From the NCBI GenBank assembly GCA_963769025.1, contig CAVYKI010000010.1:460585-524584 (forward strand): a stretch of DNA of 64,000 nucleotides, in the 5' to 3' direction. The notes beneath the pieces were generated by a model, which saw only the letters and a list, made by a program, of their open reading frames with translations, did no database searches and was not told where the DNA came from. Every line of letters starts with the position of its first letter. Position 1 is the first letter of the stretch. Origin of the DNA: an uncultured Verrucomicrobiae bacterium. Its GTDB lineage: Bacteria; Verrucomicrobiota; Verrucomicrobiia; Chthoniobacterales; Chthoniobacteraceae. Shown in pieces: positions 20,296 through 31,478 of this stretch. A program made the translations under genes and the position numbers.

Positions 20296-23200
20296 CTACT
20301 TCTTCTTCAGCGTGCTCAGGTACTCGACGAGGTCCACGAGGTCCTGCTGCGTGAGCGCCTGGTTGAGGCCGCTGGGCATCATCGAAGTCGCGAGCTTGTC
20401 GCGCTTGGCGATCGTGTTCTTGGCGAACTTCTGCGCGACGCCGCCGGGCAGCGCGAGGACGAGTTCGTCGTTCGTCTCGCTGCGCACGATGCCCATGCCG
20501 ATGCCGCCGCCTTTCAGCGCGAGCTGCGTGGTCTCGAAGCCCATGCTCAGCCCGGCGTTCGGATTGATGATGGAATCAAAAAGCGCCTCCTTCGGGAGCT
20601 TCGTGCCGATTTCCGAGAGCGCGGGGCCGAAGTCCGCGCCCTTGTCGTCCACGCGGTGGCACGTGACGCAGCTCGACTCGGTGCGCTCGTAGATGGCGCG
20701 TCCCTTCGCTGCGTCCCCGGAAAGCTTCACGAGTTCGGAAATCGGCGGCAGCGCCTTTCCTCCCATCGCGGCAGGCGCGGGGAAAAGCGAATCAATGTCC
20801 GCCTTCAGCGACGCGTACTGCACGAGGCGCAGCGCGCTCGCGGCGACGGGCTTCAGGTCTTCGCCCAGCTTGCCTTCCTTCGCGATTTTCAAAAGCGACT
20901 CCGCGCCGGCCTGCGTGCGGGCGAGCGCCTGCACGGCGGCTTTGCGGAGTTCGGGCTTCTGCTTCGCGTTGGTGACGAGACCGTTCAGCCGGCCCATTCC
21001 CTTGGCGTTCGATGTGGCTCCGAGGAGATTCAGCACCTCGGCGGATTTCGCGCCTTCGAGCGCCTTCGTCACGATGGCCTCCCAATCGTTTTCATTCAGC
21101 ACCATCTTCATCGCCTCGACGGCGGCAGGATCGCCGCCGATGGCGAGCGCGGTGTCGAGCAACTCCTGGCCTTGGCCGTCCACACGGAAGTCGGCGACGA
21201 GTTCGACGAATCCGGCGGTGCCCTTCGCCTTCGCGAGCGCGTCGGTGAGCAGCTTCGCCATACCAGGCAAATTGCTGTTCTTGAGCCGCATCAGCGCCTC
21301 GCGCGAGACTTCGATGTTCTTCGCGCCGAGCGATGCGAGCTTCACGAGCGCCTTCTCCTTCTCCGGGGTCGCGGGGAGAAAGTCGAACGCGCGCAGGAAG
21401 CGCGACTTCTCGTTCGCGGAGACGGAATCACCTTCGAGGATGCGCGCGAGGTATTCGGGCGTCTTCGACGCGCGCACGCGCCAGATGATGTCGCGCCCGC
21501 CGGGCGTGTTCCATTTGTCACCGACCGCGGCGAGCCACGTGTCGAAGCACAGGTCTTCATTGCGCACCGAGCCGATGCCGAGCGCTTCCAGAAACCAGCG
21601 ATCCTTCCCGTCGTGCTGCTGCGCGAGCGCGGCCCAGAGCTTCTCGATCTTGTGCGAGGCATGGAGTGAAAGTGCGATCTCGCGGCGGACGGCCATGCTC
21701 GGGTCGCCGAGCAGTTTCGCGACGAGCGCGCGGTCGCTGTCGAGCGGCGTGGTGTTCAGCCCGCGCGTCGCGTGCAGTTCTCGGCAAAGGCGGATGGCGA
21801 AGCAGCGCACGTCGCTGTCGGGATCATTCAGCCCGGCGGAAAGGTGCGGGATTGCGCGGTCCTTGATCTGCGAGAGCAGGCCGAGCGCGCGGGCGCGCAG
21901 CCGCGGGTTTTCGCTTTTCCAAAGCCCGAGCAGCGCAGGCTCCGCCTTCTCGCCCATCGCGTGCAGCGCGGTCCAGGCGACGGTGCGCGCGACGAGATTG
22001 GGCGACGACAGCGCGGCGACTGCGCCGGCAGCCGTGCTCACGTCCACCTTCGGCGTGGAAGCTTTGCCGCCCTCCGGCGCGACGCGGTAGATGCGGCCCA
22101 TGACTTTTCCTTTCTCATGGTCGCCCGCCGCGTGTCCGCCCACGCCCGGATCGTACCAGTCGGCGACGAAGAGCGAGCCATCCGGCGCGATCGCGACATC
22201 GCTCGGGCGGTACCACGAATCCGTCGAGGTGAGAATGTCCACCATCTCGGCGGAGTAGCCCGCGCCGTCCGGCTTCACCGGATACGCGCGCACGATGCGC
22301 GGCCCGGCGTCGCAGTGGATGACTTGATTCGTGAACGGCGCCCCGAGCAGTGTGCCTTCGTTCACGAGGATGCCGGTTGGCGAACCCGCGCCGGTCTGGA
22401 GCAGATTCGGCACGACTCCCGGGTCGTTGAGGTGCCAGTGCTGCTTCGGGATTTCCGTCTCGATGTTCGTGCGCTTCGTGCGCCAGCCGGCGCCGGTCAT
22501 CTCGTCGGTGTAGCCGTAGTTGCCGTAGTCCATCACGTAGTTGATGCGCACGCCCTTGTTGCCGTCGTCGTCGTTGTCGCTCTGCCACATCGTGCCGAAG
22601 GAATCCACGGCCACCTCGTAGTTGTTGCGGAAGTTGTGGCCGAGCGTCTCGATGTTCGCGAGCTTGCCGTTCACGAGATCGCAGCGGAACACCATGCCCT
22701 GCCGGTAAGGCTTGCCGCTCGCGTTCACCTCGTTGCCGAGGATGTCCTTCACCGGCGAGCCATCGGGCCACATGAGTTTCTGAAACTCATTCCCGCAGTT
22801 GAAATACAGCTTTCCCTCGGGGCCGAACACGAACGCGTGGACCTGATGATCGTGGTGGAGATTTCCTCCGACTTTCAAAATGATCTCCGCCTTGTCCGCC
22901 TTGTCATCGCCATCCGTGTCCGTGAGCAGCCACACATTCGGCGCGGAACTCACAATGACCTGCGTCCCCTTCTTCGCGCCGCCGGGCCCGGGCAGCACGC
23001 AGATGCCGAGTGCATTCTTGTGCTCCGTGCTCTGGTGAAACGTGATCTCCTTGTCCGCGAGGCCGTCACCGTTCGTGTCTTCGAGAATCACCACGCGATC
23101 GCCCTCGGGACGCAGATCGGTCCACTTGCGGTAATTGACATTCTCGGTCGCCCAAACGCGGCCGGTGTGATCGATCTCGATGTTCGTGGGGTTTTGGATC

Positions 23201-23844
23201 ATCGGCTCCGCCGCGAAGAGCGACGCCTTCAGCCCGGCGGGCGTGGTGAAATTCGTCATCGCCTTTTTTGCCGCGTCGAGGCCGTAGCGTTCCTCGTTGG
23301 TCTTGCCGTCGCCGCCCTGCGAAACATTCAGCAGCTTGCGCGGCGGTTCCTCGTTGAACGCGAAGAACTGCGCCGAACCTCCGCCCTGATCGGTGCCGCC
23401 GTTGTCGATTCCGCACGCGGACTCAAACGCAACCACCCCCGGCGGCAGATCGAATGCGAGCATCGCGGGCGCATGCGTGCCGAATCCGAACGCGACCGGC
23501 TTGCCCTCGACGCGCATCGGCTTCCCGCCGGCATTCGCGTTCACGCCGAGCTTGCCGAAGCCGACCTGCGCGGACTTCGGCTTCAATTCGGTGAGTTTGA
23601 TCTTCGAGCCGTCGGCCTTCACGAGCACCGGCTCCATCCAGTTCGCCCAATCGGCCATGATGCCGTCGCCGCCGTCCGTCACGACGAGGAAAAGTTCGCG
23701 CGCGCCCTTAAGGTCGGCGCTGAGCTTTGCGGGCTGCTTGGAAATGATCGCGGTCTTCGCGATGGGCTCCACGGTTTTCGGCGCTGCGAAAACGGGGAGG
23801 GAAATGAGTGCGGCTGCGGAGGCGAGGAGGATTCGAGGGTGCAT
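20296..23844 (-). CDS. PVC-type heme-binding CxxCH protein: NPCBM domain + dehydrogenase-like beta-propeller + HEAT repeats + cytochrome c
   Basis: LFLVVTDGGDGIMADWANW and FGFGTHA (NPCBM); LFAAEPMIQNP, GHNFRNNYE; CVTCH; SMMPSGL. Confidence 0.9.
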   Translation of the reverse strand: MHPRILLASAAALISLPVFAAPKTVEPIAKTAIISKQPAKLSADLKGARELFLVVTDGGDGIMADWANWMEPVLVKADGSKIKLTELKPKSAQVGFGKLGVNANAGGKPMRVEGKPVAFGFGTHAPAMLAFDLPPGVVAFESACGIDNGGTDQGGGSAQFFAFNEEPPRKLLNVSQGGDGKTNEERYGLDAAKKAMTNFTTPAGLKASLFAAEPMIQNPTNIEIDHTGRVWATENVNYRKWTDLRPEGDRVVILEDTNGDGLADKEITFHQSTEHKNALGICVLPGPGGAKKGTQVIVSSAPNVWLLTDTDGDDKADKAEIILKVGGNLHHDHQVHAFVFGPEGKLYFNCGNEFQKLMWPDGSPVKDILGNEVNASGKPYRQGMVFRCDLVNGKLANIETLGHNFRNNYEVAVDSFGTMWQSDNDDDGNKGVRINYVMDYGNYGYTDEMTGAGWRTKRTNIETEIPKQHWHLNDPGVVPNLLQTGAGSPTGILVNEGTLLGAPFTNQVIHCDAGPRIVRAYPVKPDGAGYSAEMVDILTSTDSWYRPSDVAIAPDGSLFVADWYDPGVGGHAAGDHEKGKVMGRIYRVAPEGGKASTPKVDVSTAAGAVAALSSPNLVARTVAWTALHAMGEKAEPALLGLWKSENPRLRARALGLLSQIKDRAIPHLSAGLNDPDSDVRCFAIRLCRELHATRGLNTTPLDSDRALVAKLLGDPSMAVRREIALSLHASHKIEKLWAALAQQHDGKDRWFLEALGIGSVRNEDLCFDTWLAAVGDKWNTPGGRDIIWRVRASKTPEYLARILEGDSVSANEKSRFLRAFDFLPATPEKEKALVKLASLGAKNIEVSREALMRLKNSNLPGMAKLLTDALAKAKGTAGFVELVADFRVDGQGQELLDTALAIGGDPAAVEAMKMVLNENDWEAIVTKALEGAKSAEVLNLLGATSNAKGMGRLNGLVTNAKQKPELRKAAVQALARTQAGAESLLKIAKEGKLGEDLKPVAASALRLVQYASLKADIDSLFPAPAAMGGKALPPISELVKLSGDAAKGRAIYERTESSCVTCHRVDDKGADFGPALSEIGTKLPKEALFDSIINPNAGLSMGFETTQLALKGGGIGMGIVRSETNDELVLALPGGVAQKFAKNTIAKRDKLATSMMPSGLNQALTQQDLVDLVEYLSTLKKK

Positions 23845-24007
23845 GGTGGGGTGATAACCGGGATTGGGGCGCGGACTTTGGCAGGGAGGAGGCGAGGTGG
23901 AAGCCCGCAGTTTGCGCGCAAAGAAATCTGTCGAGGGGAACCGCACTTCCCGATTGCGCTGTCCGTCCGCGTTTGCACGATGCGCGCTCTTTTCCACAAA
24001 ACCGCAC

Positions 24008-26288
24008 ATGCTCGAAAAACACGTCCTCATCATCGCCACGGAACTCGGTATCACTGCGCGGCAGGTCGCGGCGACGGCGGTGCTGATCGAGGAGGGTGGC
24101 ACGGTGCCGTTCATCGCGCGCTACCGCAAGGAGCGCACAGGCGAGCTGGACGAGGTGAAGATTACGTCCATCCGCGACCGGCTGGAGCAGCTCGGCGAAC
24201 TCGACAAGCGCCGCGAGAGCATCGCGAAATCGCTCGAAGAGCGGAAACTTCTGACGCTGGAGCTGAAGACGAAAATCGACAACGCCGCGACGCTGAACGC
24301 GCTGGAGGATCTCTACGCGCCTTTCCGTCCGAAGAAGCGCACGCGCGCGACGATGGCGCGCGAGAAGGGGCTGGAGCCGCTGTCGGAATTGCTGTGGGCG
24401 CAGGACGCCGACGCTCGATCCCGTCGCGGCGGCGCGCGAGTACGTCGGCCGCGAGTGGGCGATGGATGACAAGAAGGGGAAATTTGAAACGCCCGACGAG
24501 GCGCTCGCCGGTGCACGGGACATCATCGCGGAGCGCATTTCCGACGATGCAACTGCGCGTGCGAAGCTGCGCGAGCTCTACGCGGCGAAGGGTGTGATCA
24601 AATCGAAAGTGCTCACGGGCAAGGAGGAGGAGGGCGCGAAGTTCAAGGACTACTTCGACTGGAGCGAACCGGCGGCGACCGCGCCGTCGCACCGCATCCT
24701 CGCGATCCGCCGCGGCGAGGCCGAGGGCTTCCTGCTTTCGCGGCTCACGCCGCCGGAGGAGGACGCGCTGGCGATCCTCGAACATCTCTTCCTGAAGAAC
24801 AAATCCGCCGCGTCCCTGCAGGTGCGCGAGGCGGTGCATGACAGCTACAAGCGGCTGCTCGGTTTCGCGATGGAGGGCGAGGCGCGGCTGGCGTTCAAGA
24901 AGAAGGCGGACGAGGAGGCGATCCGGGTGTTCGCGGGGAATCTCCGCGAGCTGCTGCTCGCGCCCGCGCTCGGGCAGAAGGCGATGCTCGCGATCGATCC
25001 GGGATTCCGCACGGGCTGCAAAGTCGTGGTGCTGGACCAGCAGGGGAAGCTGATCGGCAACGACGTGATTTATCCCGAGAAGAGCGAGCGCGAGAAGGAC
25101 GAGGCGGTGGGTCTCGTGAAGGCGTGCGTGAAGAAATACAACGTCGAGGCCATCGCCGTCGGCAACGGCACGGGCGGGCGCGAGACGGAGGCATTCCTCC
25201 GTTCGCTCGGGCTGCCCTCGACCATCCAGATCGTGATGGTGAATGAGAGCGGCGCGTCCATTTACTCGGCGAGCGAGGCGGGGCGGGAGGAGTTTCCGAA
25301 CCACGACATCACCGTGCGCGGCGCGGTGAGCATCGGGCGGCGGCTCATGGACCCGCTCGCGGAACTCGTGAAGCTCGACCCGAAGAGCATCGGCGTCGGG
25401 CAATATCAGCACGACGTGGATCAGCCGGCGCTGAAGCGTTCGCTCGACGACGTGGTCGTCTCCGCGGTGAACAACGTCGGCGTGGAACTGAACACCGCGA
25501 GCAAGCATCTGCTCGCCTACGTCTCCGGGCTGAATTCGCGCGTCGCGGGCAACATCGTCGCACACCGCGACGAGAACGGGCCGTTCAAGTCGCGCAAGGA
25601 ACTGCTGAAGGTCGCCGGTCTCGGGCCGAAGGCATTCGAGCAGGCCGCGGGATTCCTGCGCATCCGCGGCGGCGAGCATCCGCTCGACGCATCGGCGGTG
25701 CATCCGGAGCGGTATCCGCTCGTGGAAAAAATGGCGGCGGACATCGGCTCGACCGTCAGCGATCTCGTGAACGACTCGGCGAAGCGCAGCCGCATTGACC
25801 TGAAAAAATACGCGACCGACGAGGTCGGGCTGCCGACGCTGAATGACATCGTGAAGGAACTCGCGAAACCGGGACGCGATCCGCGAAAGCAATTCGAGGT
25901 CATGCAATTTTCCGCGGACGTCCACACGATGAACGACCTGAAGCCCGGCATGAAGCTGCCCGGCATCGTCACGAACGTCACGGCGTTCGGCGCGTTCGTG
26001 GACATCGGCGTGCATCAGGACGGGCTCGTGCATGTGAGCCAGCTTGCGGACACTTTCGTGAAGAACGCCGCGGACGTCGTGAAACCGGGGCAGAAGGTGA
26101 ACGTGACCGTCGTCGAGGTGGACATCCCGCGGAAACGCATCGCGCTCTCGATGAAGGCGGTCGTCGTCGCGGGCAAGCCGGGCGAGCGGAAACCCGAGGC
26201 GGGCAAACGCGATCTCGAACGCCACACGGGAGGGGCGAAGCCCGCGCCCGCGGTGGACTGGTTCACGCTGGCGCAGCAGAAAAAATAG
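24008..26288 (+). CDS. tex: Tex family RNA-binding transcriptional accessory protein; frameshift near 24415
   Basis: GTVPFIARYRKERTG, IDPGFRTGCK, VNESGASIYS, DPKSIGVGQYQHD, S1 domain FGAFVDIGVHQDGLVH. Confidence 0.95.
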
Positions 26289-26356
26289 CGCCCGACCCTT
26301 TACGCGAAGTTCCGTGCTCGCCAGCGGCGCGGCTTTTTGCTGAGTGACGCGCGCCG

Positions 26357-26929
26357 ATGATCCCCGCCGACCTCCTCCTGCACGCCTACCGCAGCGGTGC
26401 GTTCCCGATGGCGACGCCCGGTGGCGAGATCGCATGGTTTTCGCCGGACCCGCGGGCGTTGATCCCGCTGGATGAGCGCTTCCACATTCCCCACGGCCTG
26501 CAACGGACGCTGAAGAAGAACGCTTTCGAGATTCGCATCAACACGGTGTTTGAGGAAGTCATGCGCGGCTGCGCGACGCGCGACGAGACGTGGATCAACC
26601 GCGAGGTGTTCGAGAGCTATGTGAACCTGCACCAGCTCGGCCATGCGCATTCCGTGGAGGCGTGGCGGGAGGGGCGCCTCGCGGGCGGGCTTTACGGCGT
26701 GGCCGTTGCCGGGGCGTTCTTTGGCGAGAGCATGTTCCACCGGGAGACGGATGCTTCAAAGGTGGCGCTCGTTGGTCTCGTCGATCGGCTGCGTTGCCGG
26801 GGATTCAAGCTGCTCGACACGCAGTGGAGCACGCGGCACCTGCGCACTTTCGGCACCATCGAGATTCCGCGGGCGAAATACATCCGCCTGCTGAAGGACG
26901 CGCTGGCGGTGGAATGCAGCTTTGTGTGA
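26357..26929 (+). CDS. aat: Leucyl/phenylalanyl-tRNA--protein transferase
   Basis: LLHAYRSGAFPM, WFSPDPR, AHSVEAW, FFGESMFH, DASKVAL. Confidence 0.95.
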   Translation: MIPADLLLHAYRSGAFPMATPGGEIAWFSPDPRALIPLDERFHIPHGLQRTLKKNAFEIRINTVFEEVMRGCATRDETWINREVFESYVNLHQLGHAHSVEAWREGRLAGGLYGVAVAGAFFGESMFHRETDASKVALVGLVDRLRCRGFKLLDTQWSTRHLRTFGTIEIPRAKYIRLLKDALAVECSFV

Positions 26930-26939
26930 TCCCGGAGCC

Positions 26940-27611
26940 TCAGGGGGTCGTCGTGGTCTCGTACATCGGATCCCACCGCTGCTTTTCGAGCTCAGTGCCG
27001 TTTGCCGTGTATTTGCTCCACTGCATCTGCTCGACATGACCGTCGGCAAAAAGCACGTTGATGGCCTTGCGCGACTCGTGCGTTCCCAAGTCCGTGCCGG
27101 TGGGCTTGGTGAGTTTCAAGGCGTCGTTGCCGGCATCCGATTTCGCAGCGGCCTTGAATTTTACCGTCTTCCCCGTCACCGCAGTGTCCACCAGCGGCGC
27201 GGCGAGGACGACGGAGGAATCCGATCCCTTCCATTTTCCCTTGAACGTATCGAACGTTTTTTCGCTCAGGCCGTAGCTGATCGGCACCGGGGGCGTGTCG
27301 GTCTTCGGGCGGTCCTTGGACGGCTTGTCGAAGGGCGACCGGAATGCCTTCCAATCCTTCACGTACTTCGCCTGCAGGAGATTCGGCCAGTTGGTGGCAG
27401 CGCTCCCGTTCATGGAGAACATGGAGTCATCGTTGTCGTTCAGGTACATGATGAGGCCCTTGCCGAGGCTCGAGAGGTTGTTTTTGTCCTCGGTCGCCCG
27501 CCCACGTTCCATCGCGGAGGTGAAGACTGGAAGTGCGAGGCCGGCGAGAATCGCGATGATCGAGATGACGACGAGCAGTTCGATGAGGGTGAAGGCGTGA
27601 AGTTTTTTCAT
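26940..27611 (-). CDS. Prepilin-type N-methylation domain protein, PVC H-X-DG type
   Basis: AFTLIELLVVISIIAILAGLALP; C-terminal H...INVLFADGHV. Confidence 0.9.
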   Translation of the reverse strand: MKKLHAFTLIELLVVISIIAILAGLALPVFTSAMERGRATEDKNNLSSLGKGLIMYLNDNDDSMFSMNGSAATNWPNLLQAKYVKDWKAFRSPFDKPSKDRPKTDTPPVPISYGLSEKTFDTFKGKWKGSDSSVVLAAPLVDTAVTGKTVKFKAAAKSDAGNDALKLTKPTGTDLGTHESRKAINVLFADGHVEQMQWSKYTANGTELEKQRWDPMYETTTTP

Positions 27612-27748
27612 CGTTTCAATGGGGTGCCCGAGACTACGGGCGGCACCGGAAAAAGCACGCGCTGATTTCCGGGAATGCCCGCTGCGCGACATTTCACCGG
27701 AATGTCGATTGTCGGCAGGCACGTGCTCCGCTATCCCCACGCGCTTCC

Positions 27749-28837
27749 ATGAAACGCATCCTCATCCTGACGGCCGGATACGGCGAAGGGCACAACGCCG
27801 CAGCGCGCGGCCTCGCTGCCGCCGTCGCCGAAACCGGCGCGGTCGCGGAGGTGCGGGACCTTTTCATGGAGACCTATGGGAGCCGGCAGCGGTTCTCGCA
27901 GCGGCTCTACATCGAATGCATCAACCGCGCCGCGCCGCTGTGGGCGATGGTCTATCGCGCACTGGATCGCACGCCGCTCATGAAGATGATCCTGCCCACG
28001 CTCGGCGCGCTGAGGCGTAAATTGGCGCATGTCCTTGAGGAAACGCAGCCGTTCGCCGTCGCGTCCGTCTATCCGGTGTACGGCTGGCTGCTGGATCGGA
28101 TTTATCCGGATGGCACGCTGCCCTTCCGCTCGCACACCATCGTGACGGACAGCATCACGGTGAACGCCGTGTGGCTGGGGTTTCGCTCGGATTCCTGGAT
28201 CGTGCCAAACGAGGCGACTGCGGAGGTGGTGCGCGCGGGCGTTCCGCCGGAGCGCGTGCATGCGCTGGGCTTTCCCGTGCCGATGAAATTTGCCGACTCG
28301 AAAATCGTGCGCAAACCGCCGGGCAATGGCGAGCCGCTGCGGGTTTTTTACATGGTCAATCACGGCCATTCCGTCGCCGCGCGCCTCACCGGGCGCCTGC
28401 TGGAGATCCCCGGCATCCGGCTCACCGTGGCGTATGGAAAGGACGAGTCCGTCGGCCGCGAAATCGCCGCGGCGGCGAAGTCGGCGGGTCGTGAGATCGA
28501 GCTGCACGGGTGGACGCCACGCGTGCCGGAGCTGCTGATGGAAAATCACATCCTCATCGGCAAGGCGGGCGGCGCCGCGACGCAGGAAGCCATCGCCGCG
28601 AAGACCCCGATGATCATCACCAAAGCCGTGCCCGGGCAGGAGGAGGGAAACGCGCGCCTGATCGTCGAAAACGGATGCGGCGCGCTTTGCGAAACGGACG
28701 ATGCCATCGCGGATGCCGTGGCGCTCGCCGCCGAAAACAACTCCGCGCTCTGGCATCGCTGGCACGCCGCGATCTCCGTCCTGTCGCGTCCGAACGCATC
28801 CCGCGACATCGCGCGTTTCATCCTCACGGCGGGCTGA
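27749..28837 (+). CDS. MGDG synthase/UgtP-like diacylglycerol glycosyltransferase (GT28)
   Basis: LTAGYGEGHNAAA, IVTD, IGKAGGAATQEA, PGQEEGNA. Confidence 0.85.
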   Translation: MKRILILTAGYGEGHNAAARGLAAAVAETGAVAEVRDLFMETYGSRQRFSQRLYIECINRAAPLWAMVYRALDRTPLMKMILPTLGALRRKLAHVLEETQPFAVASVYPVYGWLLDRIYPDGTLPFRSHTIVTDSITVNAVWLGFRSDSWIVPNEATAEVVRAGVPPERVHALGFPVPMKFADSKIVRKPPGNGEPLRVFYMVNHGHSVAARLTGRLLEIPGIRLTVAYGKDESVGREIAAAAKSAGREIELHGWTPRVPELLMENHILIGKAGGAATQEAIAAKTPMIITKAVPGQEEGNARLIVENGCGALCETDDAIADAVALAAENNSALWHRWHAAISVLSRPNASRDIARFILTAG

Positions 28838-28884
28838 GGATATCGCCGCGTTTTACTCCAACCCTCAACATTCAACGCCCAACT

Positions 28885-29490
28885 GTGATCCGCGCCTTCC
28901 TCTTCGACATCGGGAACGTCCTCGTCCGTTTCGACTTCGCCCGTGCAGCCCGCGCCGTGGCTCCGCTGTGCGATGTCGCCGATGCGGCGGAAGTGCTCCA
29001 GCGGATGGACTCGGTGAAATTTGGATACGAGGACGGACAGGTCACGCGCCGCGCATTCCTGCAGAAGGCTTCCGAGGTGCTCGGCTTCCGCGGCAGCGAG
29101 GCGCAGTTCATCGCGGCGTGGCAGGGGATTTTTTGGGAGAATGAGCCGATGACATCGCTCGTGCGCACGCTGCACGGCAAGTTTCCGCTCTTCCTGCTGA
29201 GCAACACGAATGACATGCACGTCGAGGGACTGTTCCGCGATTTTCCGGTCTTCGCGCACTTCACCGGCGCCACGTACTCGCATGAGGCGCAGGCTTCGAA
29301 GCCGCATCGCGACATCTACGAAATCGCCTGCCGCACGCACGGCCTCGACCCGCGGGCGACGTTCTTCATCGACGATCTCGCCGCGAACATCGCGACTGCG
29401 AGGGAACTCGGCTTCCACGCGCACCACTACCATCATGACCGTCACGGCGAACTCCTCGCCGCCGTGCGCGCAGCCGGCGTGGATGTCTAA
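28885..29490 (+). CDS. HAD family phosphatase (YihX-like)
   Basis: FLFDIGNVL, LLSNTN, SKP, FFIDDLAANI. Confidence 0.88.
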   Translation: MIRAFLFDIGNVLVRFDFARAARAVAPLCDVADAAEVLQRMDSVKFGYEDGQVTRRAFLQKASEVLGFRGSEAQFIAAWQGIFWENEPMTSLVRTLHGKFPLFLLSNTNDMHVEGLFRDFPVFAHFTGATYSHEAQASKPHRDIYEIACRTHGLDPRATFFIDDLAANIATARELGFHAHHYHHDRHGELLAAVRAAGVDV

Positions 29491-29536
29491 CGGCACTCGA
29501 CACCGTGCGTCACGCCGCTCAATCTCGCGCCCACTC

Positions 29537-29716
29537 ATGAAAGCTATTCTCCTTCTGCTCGCCAGCGTCACGGCTGTGGCGCTCACCGGTTGCGAATCCG
29601 ACGTCCCGCGCGATCCCAACCGCCCGGCCGTCAGCTTTGGCAATGACCAGTTCCGCGACGAGGGGCTCGACCGTCCAGCCGCACCTGCCATCAGTCGCGA
29701 GAGGACCGTCTGGTAG
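29537..29716 (+). CDS. Small lipoprotein
   Basis: MKAILLLLASVTAVALTGC lipobox. Confidence 0.7.
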   Translation: MKAILLLLASVTAVALTGCESDVPRDPNRPAVSFGNDQFRDEGLDRPAAPAISRERTVW

Positions 29717-29722
29717 CGCGTC

Positions 29723-31304
29723 ATGGCCGGCCATTCCCGCGTCGTCATCCTCGATTTCGGTTCGCAGTACACCCAGGTCATCGCGCGGCGGATCCGCGAG
29801 TGCCAGGTCTATTCGCAGATCCTCCCGCACGACACGCCCGCGAAGGAAATCGCGGCGCTAAATCCGAAGGGCATCATCCTCAGCGGCGGCCCTTCGTCCG
29901 TGTATGCAAAGGACGCGCCGCATCCCGACCGCGCGATTTTCTCCCTCGGGCTGCCCGTCCTCGGCATCTGCTACGGCGTGCAGCTCATGGCGCATTTCCT
30001 CGGCGGCAAGGTGGAGCACGGCGGGAAGCGCGAGTACGGCCACGGCCAGCTCAAGCTGACCCACAAGTGCGCGCTCTTCGACGGGCTCGGCAAGGCGATG
30101 GACGTCTGGAATTCGCACGGCGACAAGCTCACCAAACTCCCGCGCGGCTTCCGCGCCATCGGCCGCACGGACAATTCGCCGTTCGCCGTCATCGAGGATC
30201 CGAAGCGCCATTTCTACGGGCTGCAGTTCCACCCCGAGGTCGTCCACACGCCGCGCGGCAAGGAGCTGCTGGAAAATTTCGTGTATGAAATCTGCGGCGC
30301 GCCGCCGGACTGGACGATGGGTTCCTTCATCGAGGAAACGTGCGCCGGCATCCGCGCGAAAGTCGGCGGCGATCACGTCATCCTCGGCCTGAGCGGCGGC
30401 GTGGACAGTTCGGTGGCTGCGGCGCTCCTGCACAAGGCGATCGGCGACCAGCTCACGTGCGTCTTTGTGAACAACGGCGTGCTCCGCGCGAACGAAGCCG
30501 AGGCCGTGCAGCGCATCTTCGGCGAGCATTTCAAAATCAAGCTCAAGTACGTGGACGCCAGCGCGCGCTTTTTGAAGAAGCTCAAGGGCGTCACCGACCC
30601 GGAGAAGAAGCGGAAGATCATCGGCAACGAGTTCGTCTATGTCTTCGACGACGCCGTGAAGGCGCTGGCGGTTGGCAAGGGCACGAAATCCAAAGCTGCC
30701 GGCGCCCCAATTCAAATGGCTCGCGCAGGGCACGCTTTATCCGGACGTCATCGAGAGCGTGGCCATCGCCGGCAATCCCGCGGCGCTCATCAAGAGCCAT
30801 CACAACGTCGGCGGCCTGCCGAAGAACATGAAACTCAAGCTGCTCGAGCCGCTGCGCGAACTGTTCAAGGACGAGGTCCGCGAAGTCGGCGCACAGCTCG
30901 GCCTGCCGAAGGAAATCGTGCAGCGCCAGCCCTTCCCCGGCCCCGGCCTCGCCGTGCGCATCCTCGGCGACATCACCGCGGAACGCCTGCGCGTGTTGCG
31001 CGAGGCGGACACGATCGTGGTCAGCGAAATGAAGGCGAGCGATTGGTATTACAAAGTGTGGCAGTCCTTCGCCGTGCTGCTCCCGATCAAGAGCGTCGGC
31101 GTGATGGGCGACGAGCGGACCTACGAGGACACCTGCGCCGTGCGCGTCGTCGAGAGCCAGGACGGCATGACCGCCGATTGGGTCCGCCTGCCCTACGACC
31201 TGCTCGCGCGCATCAGCAGCCGCATCGTGAACGAGGTGAAGGGCATCAACCGCTGCGTCTTCGACATCACCTCGAAGCCGCCCGGCACGATCGAGTGGGA
31301 ATAG
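29723..31304 (+). CDS. guaA: GMP synthase (glutamine-hydrolysing); frameshift near 30705
   Basis: [62 protein letters not shown]. Confidence 0.97.
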
Positions 31305-31478
31305 CCCGCCTCGCATTTTCGCGCGACGCGCATCCGGCGAACTGAACGCCCTCAAATCCTCGGCTTGAGGAGGCAGCGGATTCCAAATCACCTCAGCGAC
31401 GCGTGAAGCAACACGCCGGACCCTCCGGCTTTCACCCTTGCGGGATGCCGGTTTCCGCCGAAGATGCGCGCCCTCGGC

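Noticed and set aside
29723..31304. guaA, tex or cyclase as pseudogenes or programmed frameshifts
   Set aside because: Indels are scattered across many unrelated genes with intact motifs; sequencing error is more likely
31305..31478. Possible riboswitch or tRNA between guaA and adk
   Set aside because: No cloverleaf or known aptamer consensus recognisable
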